From a bacterium (GTDB lineage Bacteria; Myxococcota; Kuafuiibacteriia; Kuafuiibacteriales; Kuafuiibacteriaceae): a DNA stretch of 35,823 nt. Shown here piece by piece: positions 17,015 through 28,523 of the stretch (position 1 is the first letter of the stretch; each line of letters begins with the position of its first letter). A program made the position numbers and the translations under genes. Below the pieces are notes generated by a model. It made no database searches and was not told where the DNA came from. It saw nothing but the letters and a program-made list of their open reading frames with translations. Location of the stretch: NCBI GenBank assembly GCA_030426505.1, contig JAUHYN010000003.1:1-35823 (forward strand), in the 5' to 3' direction.

Positions 17015-18055
17015 TCAGGGGGCTCGCTTCGCGCCGGGGAACACCACCTCCAGGCGCTCGCGCATCCCCTCGACCGCGTCGACCGCCACCAGGTCCGCCG
17101 CCAGATCCGCCCCCCGCCGCTGCGCGAACGGCACCAACCGCCACGCCACCGGCGCCGCCTCGCCCAGCTCCACCACGAGGACGCCGCCGAGGCGCACCGG
17201 CCAGCCCACGCGTTCGAGGGCGGGGCCGTTGAGGTTGCCGAGGCTGTAGGCGCAGAGCCGATCGCCGAAGCGCTCGAGCGGCATCAGGACATGGGGGTGG
17301 TGGCCGGCGATCACGTCGACGCCGGCGCTCGTGAGGCGCCGCGCGAGGTCGCGCGTGGACTGTCGCGGGAAGTGCCGGAACTCGTACTCCCAGTGCGGCG
17401 TCGCGACGAGGTGATCGACCTCGGCGCGTACAGTCGACCAATCGTACGCCTCGACGGCGGGCGTGCGCACGATGTTCGGCGTGCCCGAGAGGCGCTGCTC
17501 GGAGTTGAGCCAGTGCGACCACGCGATCACACCGACGCGACGGCCGCTGCGCTCGACGATGCGGTAGGGCGGGTCGTCCGCGTCGAGGAGCGCGCCGACC
17601 GCGACCGCGCCGCGGCGCTCGATGCGCTCGACGGACGAGCGCAGGCCGTCCTCGCCCTGGTCGGCGATGTGGTTGTTCGCGATCGACAGCACGGCGCGTT
17701 CGGCCGGGACGCCGAGGCGATCGAGCAAGCCGAACAGGAAGTCTTCCGCCATCGCGAAGTGGCCGACGTAGCGCGCGTACGGCCGGACCTCCTCGAACAT
17801 CACCGGCGCCTCGCAGTTCACGAACACGAGATCGGCGCCCGCGAGCGCGTCGCGGACGACGGGATCCACGTCGGGGATCCGGTCGTTCTGCATGCACATC
17901 AGGTCGCCGAGGAACGCGACGCGCAGCACGGTCGACGCATCGCTCAGGCGGCCCTCGCGGGGGAGTGGGACGAGGTCGGTCGGGTTGCTCGTAGAGGGCG
18001 AGAAGTAGTCGAGCAGCCAGCGGAAGCCGTAGTACCAGGGGTAGGGCGAGCTCAT
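17015..18055 (-). CDS. CapA/PGA_cap family metallophosphatase-like protein
   Basis: AFLGDLM, VNCEAP, SIANNHIADQG, PHWEYE, IAGHHPHV, AYSLGN; ATG overlaps the upstream stop (ATGA). Confidence 0.88.
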   Translation of the reverse strand: MSSPYPWYYGFRWLLDYFSPSTSNPTDLVPLPREGRLSDASTVLRVAFLGDLMCMQNDRIPDVDPVVRDALAGADLVFVNCEAPVMFEEVRPYARYVGHFAMAEDFLFGLLDRLGVPAERAVLSIANNHIADQGEDGLRSSVERIERRGAVAVGALLDADDPPYRIVERSGRRVGVIAWSHWLNSEQRLSGTPNIVRTPAVEAYDWSTVRAEVDHLVATPHWEYEFRHFPRQSTRDLARRLTSAGVDVIAGHHPHVLMPLERFGDRLCAYSLGNLNGPALERVGWPVRLGGVLVVELGEAAPVAWRLVPFAQRRGADLAADLVAVDAVEGMRERLEVVFPGAKRAP

Positions 18056-19809
18056 CGCCGTCGCCGCCGTCGCCGCTTCCTCTTCGGGTTCGCTTCCTCT
18101 TCCGCGGCCTTCAGCGCCTCGGCCTCCGCGGCCTCCTGCGCGATCAGCTCGGGCGTCTTCTCGAGCGTGACGTCGAGCGCGACCGGCCCACCGCGCTCCG
18201 GCGTGATCGTCTTCTCGAACGGGACGTAGCCGAGCTTCTTGATCTCGATCCTCGTCTCCTTGTTCGTGCGCACGGACATCGAGGTCGGCGTGAGCGCGAC
18301 GTTGTTGCCGTCCATCCACAGCTCGGCGCTCTCCGGGACGGTCTTCACGGAGAGGTTCACCACCGCGCCGGGGAAGATGAGGTTCATCGTGCGCTTGCCG
18401 CCGGCCTGGACCGCGACGGTGCTCGTCACGGGCTCCTCGCCCTCGAGCTCCAGCTCGATGTAGTGCGTGACCACCGACTCCAGGTTCTCGATCGTCAGTG
18501 GCGTGCGCTTCCCGGTGCGCTCGTCGTCGAGCGTGACGAACGCGCCGGGCGGGATCGACTCGATCGTGAGCGCGCCGCCCGGGTTGCGGCCGACGAACGC
18601 CTCGCGGAGCTTCCGCGTGACGAGTCGTTGGTTGCGATCCGACCAGAGCGTGAACACCGCCATGGCGATCACCAGCGCTGCGCCGATCGAGATCGCGATC
18701 TTCCCGAGCGGGAGCGCGCGATCGTCGAGCGGTGGCGGTGCGCCCGTGTGCTGCGCCGTCTCCGCACGCGCGAGCGCCGATGGGAGGGACGGCATCGGAT
18801 CCACCGGCGGCCCGCCGTACATCGGCGCCATCACCGGCTCGTCCACCGGCTGCGGTGCCATCGAAGGCGCGGCTGCGGGCTGCGGGCGGGTGCGCGCGAT
18901 CGTCTCCATCGGGACCGCCGCTCCCGAGAGCTCGCGGCGCGCCGCGGCGTCCGCCTGACGGTCCGCGCCGGCCTCCGAACCGAGGACCATCGCGAGCAGC
19001 GACGCGAGGCGGCTCGCGGAGTACGTCGGGTCGCCGCTGTACAGCATCCGCGCGAGCTCGTCGCGGAGGACGGCCGCGCTCGCGTGGCGTTGGTTCGGGT
19101 CGGCGAGGAGCGCGCGATCGATCGTCATCGCGAGCGCGGGCGGTACGTGAGGCGCGGCCTGCACCAACGGCTGCGGGCGATCCGGGTCCGGATCGCGCCC
19201 CGCGAGCATCGACCACGTGAGGCGCGCGACGGCGTACACGTCCGCGCGCGCGTCGACGACGCCACCCGAGAGCTCCGGCGCGATCGTGCGCGGAGAGACC
19301 GGCGGCGCCGGCCGCGTCGACGACTGCGCGTAGAAGAAGTCGGTGAGTCGAACGCGGCCGTCGTGCCCGACGATGACGGCGTTGGCCTGCACGTCGCAGT
19401 GGACGATGCGAAGCGCGCCGGCATTCGGAGTGCTCGCCTGGTGGACGGCCTCCAGCGCGGCGAGCAACTCCATCGCGAGGAAGGTCGCGGCGCTCGGATC
19501 GATCGCCACGCCCGACTGCCGCGATCGATCGATCAACGTGCTCAGCGGTCGGCCCGCGATCGCAGCGCGCACGACGAACGCGCCATCGCCGTCCTGGTCG
19601 ATGTCCAGGATGCGCGCGACGCCGTGGTGGTCGACGTGCGCGGCGATCGTCGCGCCCTCCACGAGGAGCTGCTCGGCGTCACCGCCGATCCCGCGCGCCA
19701 ACTCGACGGGCCGGAGCACACCACCGGCGACTTCGTACGCGCGGTGGACACGCGCGACCTCGTTGCGCCGGATCTCTTCGAAGACGTGATATCGGCCGAC
19801 GCGCTGCAC
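18052..19809 (-). CDS. Ser/Thr kinase-like pseudokinase with TM helix and two PEGA domains
   Basis: Kinase scaffold (VGRY, HHGVARI, IVHCD, APE, DARADVY) with degenerate catalytic motifs; TM IAISIGAALVIAMAVFTLW; PEGA repeats LTIESIPPGA and LSVKTVPESA. Confidence 0.85.
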   Translation of the reverse strand: MQRVGRYHVFEEIRRNEVARVHRAYEVAGGVLRPVELARGIGGDAEQLLVEGATIAAHVDHHGVARILDIDQDGDGAFVVRAAIAGRPLSTLIDRSRQSGVAIDPSAATFLAMELLAALEAVHQASTPNAGALRIVHCDVQANAVIVGHDGRVRLTDFFYAQSSTRPAPPVSPRTIAPELSGGVVDARADVYAVARLTWSMLAGRDPDPDRPQPLVQAAPHVPPALAMTIDRALLADPNQRHASAAVLRDELARMLYSGDPTYSASRLASLLAMVLGSEAGADRQADAAARRELSGAAVPMETIARTRPQPAAAPSMAPQPVDEPVMAPMYGGPPVDPMPSLPSALARAETAQHTGAPPPLDDRALPLGKIAISIGAALVIAMAVFTLWSDRNQRLVTRKLREAFVGRNPGGALTIESIPPGAFVTLDDERTGKRTPLTIENLESVVTHYIELELEGEEPVTSTVAVQAGGKRTMNLIFPGAVVNLSVKTVPESAELWMDGNNVALTPTSMSVRTNKETRIEIKKLGYVPFEKTITPERGGPVALDVTLEKTPELIAQEAAEAEALKAAEEEANPKRKRRRRRRR

Positions 19810-19864
19810 CGGCCGGGGATCCTACCCGCACCCGGGACTTCGCGCCAAAACGCCCGCGAGCGCC

Positions 19865-23467
<3,603 letters not shown>

Positions 23468-23543
23468 GGGGCCCCGAATACCCCGCGGCGCCGGTTCCGT
23501 CAGCAGCGTGTGAGAAAATCTGTGGCCCCGCTCAGGGGCCGCC

Positions 23544-24314
23544 CTACGCGGCCTTCGAAGGAGCGGCTTCGTCCCAGGTGAGGCGGCCGACTTCGAGGGC
23601 GTCGAGCCAGTCCAGGAAGCGCGTCACGTCCTCTCCGCGGAAGATCGCGCCGTGCTGCGGGCAGATCATGCTGCAGTTCAGCGCGCGGACGCGCTTCGAC
23701 CACGAGCGCAGCGCGGCCGTGCTCGGCATCCAGCGCTGATGGAACCCGCGCATGTAGCGGACGTGTTTGTCGAAGTCCTCGACGAACAGCGAGGTCTCGC
23801 TGTTGGGGAGGAGCGCCGCGCCGACGTCGCCCGAGAAGAGGATCCTCGAGGCCGGATCGAACAGCGAGAAGTTCCCGGACGCGTGGCAGTAGTGCGCGGG
23901 CACGGCGTTGAGCCGGACACGCGAGCCGATGTTGATCGGCATGCCCTCGTCGGGGATCTCGATGATGCTCGCGGCGCGGCCCATCGCGAAGTGGGCGATG
24001 AAGCCGGTCCACATCCACGAGACGTACGTCTTCACGTTGGGACAGAGGTCGAGCCACATCGGGAGCGAGGACACGATGTCCGGATCCTGGTGGCTCGCGA
24101 ACAGCGCGACGACGTCTTCCGGCGAACAGTAGCGCGTGAGCTCCGACAGCACGCGCGGGAAGATCTCGATCCCGCCCGGGTCGGGGAGCAGCGTCCCCTC
24201 CGGCGTGACGATCGCGAACTCATTCGTGTCGATGACCTCGTCGCGCTTGTCCGGATCGCGACCCATCACGATCCAGCTGTGGGTGGGGCTCTCGTAGAGC
24301 ACTTCGCTTCTCAT
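23544..24314 (-). CDS. ODP-type oxygen-binding di-iron protein (metallo-beta-lactamase fold)
   Basis: IDTNE, DPGG, SHQDPDI, PAHYCHASGNF..FD..SRILFSGD, FHQRWMPS, ICPQHG; ATG 24314 overlaps the upstream stop. Confidence 0.85.
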   Translation of the reverse strand: MRSEVLYESPTHSWIVMGRDPDKRDEVIDTNEFAIVTPEGTLLPDPGGIEIFPRVLSELTRYCSPEDVVALFASHQDPDIVSSLPMWLDLCPNVKTYVSWMWTGFIAHFAMGRAASIIEIPDEGMPINIGSRVRLNAVPAHYCHASGNFSLFDPASRILFSGDVGAALLPNSETSLFVEDFDKHVRYMRGFHQRWMPSTAALRSWSKRVRALNCSMICPQHGAIFRGEDVTRFLDWLDALEVGRLTWDEAAPSKAA

Positions 24315-25075
24315 CGTTCTTCGACTCCTCGTTCCAGTGCGGACAAGAGGCGTTGGCCGTCCGCGGCGATGCGACCCAGTGCGGTCAGGCGCTCCTCGAG
24401 CACGTCGACCGTCGCGGCGACGCGATCGCCGAAGCTCACGAAGCGCTCCGCGTCGCCCTGGATGCGCGCGACCTCGATGCGTACGCACTGGGAGATGTAG
24501 CGGGCGGTCCGCGTCGTCGCGTGCAGGTCGTCGAGCAACAAGCGCACCTCTTGGATGCTGCCGTGCGCTTCGTGCGTCAGGCGCTGCACCTCTTGGACGT
24601 GCGGCTCCACGCGGGCGGCGATCGCCGAGACGCTGCGCCGCTCCGTGACCGTGAGCGGGGCGCGCGAGAGCGCGCGCGTCAGGCGCGACAGGTCACGCCC
24701 GCTCCGGAACGCGACGTCGTCTCCGGAGAGCCCGTGGCGGCGCGCGATGTCGAGGAGCGCCTGGACCTCGAGCCCGTAGACGCGGATGACGTGCGTGCAG
24801 TGCGAGATCGCGCCGGCGACTTTGCGGCAGCGGTGGTCGATGTCCGCGACGAGCGGTTCGATCGCGGACGGGAGCTCCGACAGGAACTGCGTGAGCACGC
24901 CGAGCGAGCCACCTTGGTCGCGGCCGAGCTTCGCGGCGTGGACCACGCCGTTCCGAGCGAGGAGCTCCATCTGAAAGGCCAACTCCTTGAGCGGGCGCGC
25001 GCTGTTCTGGACTTCGACGCAGACCCCGAAGACCTGGTTCACGCGTTGGTTGAGTTCGAGCAGGGAAGACGTCAC
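24311..25075 (-). CDS. Soluble chemoreceptor-like protein with two degenerate MCP signalling hairpins
   Basis: AFQMELLARNGVVHAAKLGRDQGGSLGVL and ARYISQCVRIEVARIQGDAERFVSF both resemble [26 protein letters not shown]. No TM or signal peptide. GTG 25075 preferred over 25159 because of the promoter position. Confidence 0.7.
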   Translation of the reverse strand: MTSSLLELNQRVNQVFGVCVEVQNSARPLKELAFQMELLARNGVVHAAKLGRDQGGSLGVLTQFLSELPSAIEPLVADIDHRCRKVAGAISHCTHVIRVYGLEVQALLDIARRHGLSGDDVAFRSGRDLSRLTRALSRAPLTVTERRSVSAIAARVEPHVQEVQRLTHEAHGSIQEVRLLLDDLHATTRTARYISQCVRIEVARIQGDAERFVSFGDRVAATVDVLEERLTALGRIAADGQRLLSALERGVEER

Positions 25076-25093
25076 CGAGGGCCTCGCAGCGGG

Positions 25094-25120
25094 TAATCGG
25101 CCAAAACCTCGCGACCCTGA
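25094..25120 (-). promoter_or_regulatory. Putative sigma28 (FliA-type) promoter
   Basis: Minus strand TCAG-N15-GCCGATTA versus consensus TAAA-N15-GCCGATAA; 18 nt upstream of GTG 25075. Confidence 0.6.
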
Positions 25121-25227
25121 ACCCGACTCCGCTCGAATGGTCGATTTGAAGACGCGCACGATTCGCGCGGCTTCCCGACCTCACCCGACCCTCGGAACGA
25201 CCCACCCGAGTGCGTTACCCTCCGGCG

Positions 25228-25926
25228 ATGGCCGCGACCGTCCTTAGCACACGCCTCCCGGAGTCCTCCGTCGATGTCGACGCCCGCACCCTCGCGCCCG
25301 ACCTCGGCGCGCAGCTGATGTTCTTCGCGCGGCAGCCCACGCCTCGGCTGTTGCTCGCCCTGTTCACGTGCGCGGCGGTGACGCGGATCCTCTACGCGAC
25401 CTGGCGCCCGGCCGACGCCTACATCGTGCTCGCGATCGCGGTGTACTGGCCACTGCAGGAGTGGTTCCTCCACCGATTCCTGCTCCACCTGAAGCCGCGC
25501 ACGATCCTCGGCCACCGCTTCGATCCGCTCTTCGCGCAGGCCCACCGCGCGCACCACCGCCGTCCGTGGGTCGTCGAGACCACGTTCCTCCCCACGCGCG
25601 TCCTGCTGGGCCTGATCCCCGTCACGATCGTCGGCTGGGCCCTCGCCACGCCGGACATCGGCCTCGCGGCCACGGGCGTCGCCGCGTCCGCGTTCGCCGC
25701 GACCCTCTACGAGTGGACGCACTACCTCACCCACTCCGCGTACGTCCCGAAGTCGGCCTACGTGAAGCGCATCTTCCGCAACCACCGGCTGCACCACTTC
25801 AAGAACGAGCACCACTGGTTCGCATTCACGGTGCCGATGATCGATCGCATCCTTCGCACGGATCCGGATCCGAGCGAGGTCGACCGCTCCGAGACCGTGC
25901 GAACGCTCGGCGTCGACGACGCGTGA
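25228..25926 (+). CDS. Sterol desaturase/fatty acid hydroxylase family membrane protein
   Basis: His boxes EWFLHRFLLH, HRAHH, YEWTHYLTH, HRLHH; hydrophobic helices. Confidence 0.88.
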   Translation: MAATVLSTRLPESSVDVDARTLAPDLGAQLMFFARQPTPRLLLALFTCAAVTRILYATWRPADAYIVLAIAVYWPLQEWFLHRFLLHLKPRTILGHRFDPLFAQAHRAHHRRPWVVETTFLPTRVLLGLIPVTIVGWALATPDIGLAATGVAASAFAATLYEWTHYLTHSAYVPKSAYVKRIFRNHRLHHFKNEHHWFAFTVPMIDRILRTDPDPSEVDRSETVRTLGVDDA

Positions 25927-25933
25927 CCTCGCG

Positions 25934-26443
25934 TTGAAGCCCCTCGCCAAGGCGGCGCTGCTCGTCGCCCTCTACGCGTCCGTCTACGCCGCGTTCTGTC
26001 TGTGGTTGGCGACCGACGGACACGCGCCGTCGGCCGCGTCCCCGCTGCTCGATCGCGAAACGCACTACCGCATGCAGGCGATGCTGCTGGTGCCGGTCTC
26101 GATGATCGCGTGGCTCGCGGTCGGCGCGACCGTGTACGCCGTGGCGCGCGCGCTCGGAGGGACGGGGCCGCGCGACGCGACGATCGCGCTGGTGGGGCGC
26201 GCGTGGGCCGGGCCGACACTCGCCCTGTTCGTGGTCCCCGATATCGCGACCTACGCGGCGCGCGGATTCGACGCGATCGCCGTGACGACCCGGTGGACCG
26301 CGCCGCTCACGCTGATCGTTTTGGCGGTGTGGCTGTTCAGGGGGCTGCGTCGGGAGCACCGCCTCGGCGGCGCCAGGTCGGCGCTCGCGGTCTTCGCGGG
26401 CGTCGTGCTCCTCGGGCTGCTGCACGGGCCCTGGCTTCGTTGA
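25934..26443 (+). CDS. Hypothetical integral membrane protein (Yip1-like)
   Basis: About five hydrophobic segments; VARALGGTG motif; TTG start 7 nt after the desaturase stop. Confidence 0.6.
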   Translation: MKPLAKAALLVALYASVYAAFCLWLATDGHAPSAASPLLDRETHYRMQAMLLVPVSMIAWLAVGATVYAVARALGGTGPRDATIALVGRAWAGPTLALFVVPDIATYAARGFDAIAVTTRWTAPLTLIVLAVWLFRGLRREHRLGGARSALAVFAGVVLLGLLHGPWLR

Positions 26444-26455
26444 TCGCTCGGCGCG

Positions 26456-27154
26456 TCAGTCCCACACGAACAACCACTTCACGCCCTTGAACACGCCGTA
26501 GAAGATCCAACCCACCGGGCCCGGCGACACGTCGTCCTCGAAGGTCACATCGATCGTCGCGAGCGCGACCGTGCGCGAGAGGTTCCGCATCTGGGCTTCG
26601 AGCGACTCGAGCTCGAGCGTCACGCGTGACAGCTCCTTCTCCACCGCGAGGATCTCCTTCACGTCCTGCGTCTTCTCGAGCAACGCGAGGAGACGCGTCT
26701 TGAGGTGCTTCGCGTTGTCGATGCGGATCCCGAGGTCGCGGTGCTGTCGCGTCACGTCGTCGACGCGGTGCCCGCGGCTGGTGACATCGCCGAGCTCCTC
26801 GAGCGCCGCGATCGCCTCGTCGAGCTGCGCGGCCGGGACGCGCATCGAGAAGCCCGACGCGCTCTGGGTCGCGAGGTACCCGTCGAACCCCGCCGCGATC
26901 TGATCCGCGCGCCGGATGAAGACGTCGCGCTCGTCCCCGTCGTCGTCGACCTCGAAGACCAGCCACGCGGAGCGCGCGAGCTTGCGGTCGCCGCCGCCCT
27001 TGTCCTCCGCGAGGTTGCTCGCCTCGAACGCGCGCTCCCCGTCGAACTCCACCGCGCCGACCGCCGCCTGCGAGGCGGTGACGACCGGGCCGGACCCGGC
27101 GTTGGCGCTGCATCCGGCGAGGGCGAGGGTGAGGAGGGCGAGGTTCGACCGCAT
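26456..27154 (-). CDS. DUF4349 family lipoprotein
   Basis: Lipobox LALAGC; MRVPA..LD, DDVTRQHRDL..RI, ILAVEKELSRV..ELESLE, LATIDV. Confidence 0.85.
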   Translation of the reverse strand: MRSNLALLTLALAGCSANAGSGPVVTASQAAVGAVEFDGERAFEASNLAEDKGGGDRKLARSAWLVFEVDDDGDERDVFIRRADQIAAGFDGYLATQSASGFSMRVPAAQLDEAIAALEELGDVTSRGHRVDDVTRQHRDLGIRIDNAKHLKTRLLALLEKTQDVKEILAVEKELSRVTLELESLEAQMRNLSRTVALATIDVTFEDDVSPGPVGWIFYGVFKGVKWLFVWD

Positions 27155-27206
27155 GAAGACCTGGAACGGGCGTCCGTCGCCGAAGGTCTGAGTTTTTTCG
27201 CGACGG

Positions 27207-28523
27207 TCAGTCCACGTAGATCGGGTTCGCGTAGATCCACACGAACGACTGCTCGGCCAACGCCCCGTAGCTCGCGAGCGCCGCCGTCAGGTGCCGCGGC
27301 ACGATGCGCACCTCGGCACGGTAGGCGCCCGCGACCGACGGCGTGAAGGACAGCGACGCATCGCCGCGCGCGACCTCCTCCCAGCCCTCTCGAGTGGCGC
27401 GCAGGAGGTGGGTCGTGATCTTCGGTGCCGGGGCGTCGGGGTCGAGGTCCTGGACGGTCGGCGCCTTCACCTCGAGGGTGGGGCGCTCGGTGAGCGCGAC
27501 GGCGTCACCCATCTCGTGGGCGCCCGCAAAGAAGTCGAACCCGACCGGGTAACCGAACGCCTCGAACGCGCCGTAGAGGCGGCCGCCCGCGAGCGCGCGC
27601 TTGAGGGCTTCGTCGCCGGGGCCGTCGACGAGGAGGTGGTTCGAGAACCAGATCATCATGCGCCGGTAGCTGTCGACGCGCTCGCCGTCCGAGAGCTCGG
27701 CCTTGAACGTGTTGCGGTGGCAGTCCGTGCCCATCGTGGTCACGCGCTTGGCGCCGCGGGCGAGGGCCTCGGACCACTTCGAAAGGTAACGCTCGTCCTC
27801 GCTCACGATCGCGAGGAACGTCAGGTCCGGGTGCATCAGATCCGTGTCGCCGCGGTCGAGGCGCAACAACAGCTCGAGCACGTTCCCCGCCGCGCGCAGC
27901 GTGTTCGCGTGGAGGTTGTACATCTCGAAGCCGTCGACCGGCAGCGTGGTGAGTTGGTCGACCGTCCAGTCCTCGGTGTGTTGCAGCAACACGACCGCGC
28001 CGCGCTCGTGCATCGAGTCGATCGCGGGCGCCTCGGCGCGCCCGTACTGGGATCGATCGTCGAGGTGCCCCTCGAGTCCGACCGCCATCACCGCCGACTC
28101 CGTGCCGGCGAGGAGCATGACCTCGTGGCCGCCTTCGCAGTGGATCGTCGAAGCGACCGCGCGCCCGCCCCGCTCGTGGACCTCGTCCTCGAGCTCGGGG
28201 CGGTACAGCAGCGTCTCGGGGAACTCGGTCTGGGCGAACGCGTCCGAGTGATCCGTCAGCATCACGAAGTCGTGACCCGCCTCGCACAGCCCGCGGCGGA
28301 GATCCGCGAGGCACTGCGCGTCGCGGACGCCGTCCTTCTCCGGCTCGCCGTCGCACGCGTCGTGCGAGTAGATCGAGTGCGCGTGGATGATGCCGCGGAC
28401 GTCGGTGAGCCCGCGGCGCTCGGTGCGCGCGGAGGGGCGCGTCTGACCGGGCGCCCACGGCGTGGTCGTGCTCTTCGACGAGCACGCCGCGATCAGGAGC
28501 AGCCCGGCGACCCGCGCGCGCAT
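27207..28523 (-). CDS. PHP-fold metallohydrolase lipoprotein
   Basis: MRARVAGLLLIAAC signal; RGIIHAHSIYSHD, MLTDH, GTE, QH, GFEMYNLH, GTDCH; C-terminal WIYANPIYV. ATG overlaps the glyA stop. Confidence 0.8.
   Translation of the reverse strand: MRARVAGLLLIAACSSKSTTTPWAPGQTRPSARTERRGLTDVRGIIHAHSIYSHDACDGEPEKDGVRDAQCLADLRRGLCEAGHDFVMLTDHSDAFAQTEFPETLLYRPELEDEVHERGGRAVASTIHCEGGHEVMLLAGTESAVMAVGLEGHLDDRSQYGRAEAPAIDSMHERGAVVLLQHTEDWTVDQLTTLPVDGFEMYNLHANTLRAAGNVLELLLRLDRGDTDLMHPDLTFLAIVSEDERYLSKWSEALARGAKRVTTMGTDCHRNTFKAELSDGERVDSYRRMMIWFSNHLLVDGPGDEALKRALAGGRLYGAFEAFGYPVGFDFFAGAHEMGDAVALTERPTLEVKAPTVQDLDPDAPAPKITTHLLRATREGWEEVARGDASLSFTPSVAGAYRAEVRIVPRHLTAALASYGALAEQSFVWIYANPIYVD

Noticed and set aside
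17015-18055. Poly-gamma-glutamate capsule locus
   Set aside because: No capB/capC in the window; stand-alone CapA-domain proteins are common.
23544-24314. Metallo-beta-lactamase resistance gene
   Set aside because: Motif is HQDPD (ODP/flavodiiron-like), not HxHxDH; no signal peptide; coupled to a chemoreceptor-like gene.
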